64,000 nt of DNA, from positions 53,258,001 through 53,322,000 of the forward strand of contig NC_043005.1 in assembly GCF_006345805.1 (NCBI RefSeq), written 5' to 3'. How positions within the stretch are numbered: the stretch's first letter is position 1; each line of letters starts with the position of its first letter. Origin of the DNA: Octopus sinensis (Eukaryota). The translations under genes were made by a program, and so were the position numbers. Below, in pieces: positions 62,151 to 64,000 of this stretch. The notes under the pieces are model-generated. The model was not told the origin of the DNA, did not search any database, and saw only the letters and a program-made list of their open reading frames with translations.

Positions 62151-64000
62151 TGTTTATCCTTAATACCTCTCTCAAAGCTGCTCAATGACGCGCAGTATGG
62201 GTATAAAATGTTTGATAAAAATATAAATCATCTCGTTTACATGGATGATTTAAAGCTTTTTGCAAAAAATGATCAACAACTCAAGGGCTTACTAGCGATA
62301 GTCAAACAATTCAGTGACGACATCAGAAGGCAATTCGGCCTCGATAAATGTGCAAAGGCTACCTTTATCAAAGGAAAAATGACAGAAACATCTAACGTTA
62401 ACCTTGACCAACAGAATGTCATAAAAGAACTAGACCCAGCGGAGAGCTACAAGTACCTAGGGGTAATTGAAGGGAACGGAATAAGGCATTCAGAGATGAA
62501 GGAAAGGATCAGGAGAGAATGCTATCGAAGAGTGAGAGCAATACTCAAGACAGAGCTGAATGCAAGAAACAGGATCGAAGCAATCAATGCATTAGCTATA
62601 CCAGTCGTGACTTACAGTTTCAATATTGTTAACTGGTCAATTACTGAAATATGTCAGCTCGACAGAAAAATAAGGAAACTGTTGACAATGCATAGAATGC
62701 ACCACCCTAAGGCAGATACAGAACGACTCTATCTGCCAAGAAAAGAGGGAGGCCGTGGTCTTTTGCAACTGGCAATAACAATGAAGATTGCTACAATTGG
62801 CCTAGACACCTACCTGAAAAACTCTGAGGACTGGATGTTAAAACTTGTCTCAAAACATGAAAACAGGAAAGCATCATACTCAGTCACAAAACAGGCAAAG
62901 GAATATCTAAGTGAATTCCGAATACAACCAATTTCGGAATTAGAGATAGACATACAAGAAACAAGCACAGAAAAAGCTAGGCGCATGAAAACCCGTGCCA
63001 AAACTGCGGCCTTAGATATTCTGAATAATAAATGGCAAGAAAAACCTCTCTATGGCAAATACCCAAAGAGAGCGAATAATGCAGATATCGACAAAGCCTT
63101 GACCCATCAATGGCTAATGGCCTCTGGCTTAAAATCTGAAACAGAGGGGTTTATCATAGCAGCTCAAGATCAATGCCTACCAACAAGAAACTACCAGGCC
63201 AACATATTAAAGATCAGAAGCAGTCCAACGTGTCGTGTATGCAAGCAACAAAATGAAACCATTGACCATGAGGTCTCCAAGTGCAGTCTTCTAGCGCCTA
63301 CAGAGTATCTCAACAGGCACGATAGAGCTGCACAATATATTCACTGGGTAATCTGTAAAAACCTGGATTTGCCCCATGAAAAAAACTGGTGGGAACACAA
63401 ACCACCCCCAGTGCTTGAAAATGACCACATCTCACTCCTCTGGAACTTCACCATTCAAACTGACAGGAAGATAGATGCAAATAGGCCAGACATCATATTG
63501 AAAGACTTCAAACAAAGAACATGCCTCCTCATTGATATGACTGTCCCAATCGATATAAACGTATCTGTCAGGACCTACCAAAAACTGAGCAAATATAAAG
63601 ATCTTGAAATAGAAATCAGCAAAATGTGGAAGCTGAAGACTAAAACAATACCTGTTGTCATAGGTGCCCTGGGAATGATAGCAAAAGGGGCTGATAGCTA
63701 CCTAACTCAGATACCAGGAAACCCAAAAATGGCAGAAGTTCAAAAGATAGTGCTCATGGGAACTGCTCATATCCTACGCAAAATACTCTCTATGTAACCT
63801 CAAGGTTTAAAACAACCATAATTTTCGGTTTAAAAAAAAAAAAAAAAAACAACTTTTTTTTTTTTTTAGACATTCATTAGTACAACATCCCCACCCCGCA
63901 AATATATGGCACACTAGGCATAACAACAACATGAACTTCCAACCCTGTTGTCTCTTGAGGTCTCTGGGTGAGACTTGGAGCCCACTTGTACAAATATAAA
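62151..64000 (+). mobile_element. 5'-truncated R4/Dong-clade LINE (second subfamily), open ORF to 63797, 3' UTR running to the window end
   Basis: HLVYMDDLKLF; CRVC..ETIDHEVSKC; RPDIIL..IDMTVP..KYKDLEIEI; the 5' junction abuts (AAT)n at 62115-62150. Confidence 0.93.

Overview
AT-rich animal genomic DNA, repeat-dominated and most likely intergenic or intronic. The SINE families, TTAGGG hexamers and microsatellite load resemble octopus (coleoid cephalopod) repeats; this assignment is from recall, not a database search. No host gene, true tRNA, rRNA or CRISPR array could be supported. Retroelements: a full-length but frameshifted RTE-clade LINE (3821-7613); a near-intact R4/Dong-clade RLE LINE in (AAT)n (35654-39519) plus two partial relatives; three Tx1/L1-clade 3' fragments, two of them very young and ending in (TATC)n; Penelope-like (PLE) RT/GIY-YIG remnants; CR1-like, RTE and Hero-like fragments; and many tRNA-derived SINEs. 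DNA-transposon material comprises two mariner fragments and several MITE/fold-back elements. The most interesting feature is a head-to-tail array of about 4.4 units of about 535 bp (53511-55856). Each complete unit carries a canonical type I hammerhead ribozyme on the minus strand with a palindromic helix III, i.e. a retrozyme-like or PLE-terminal-repeat satellite. The array is fused head-to-head to a young Tx1 fragment. Several more hammerhead-like relics are scattered through PLE-like sequence. Boundaries of degenerate repeats are approximate.
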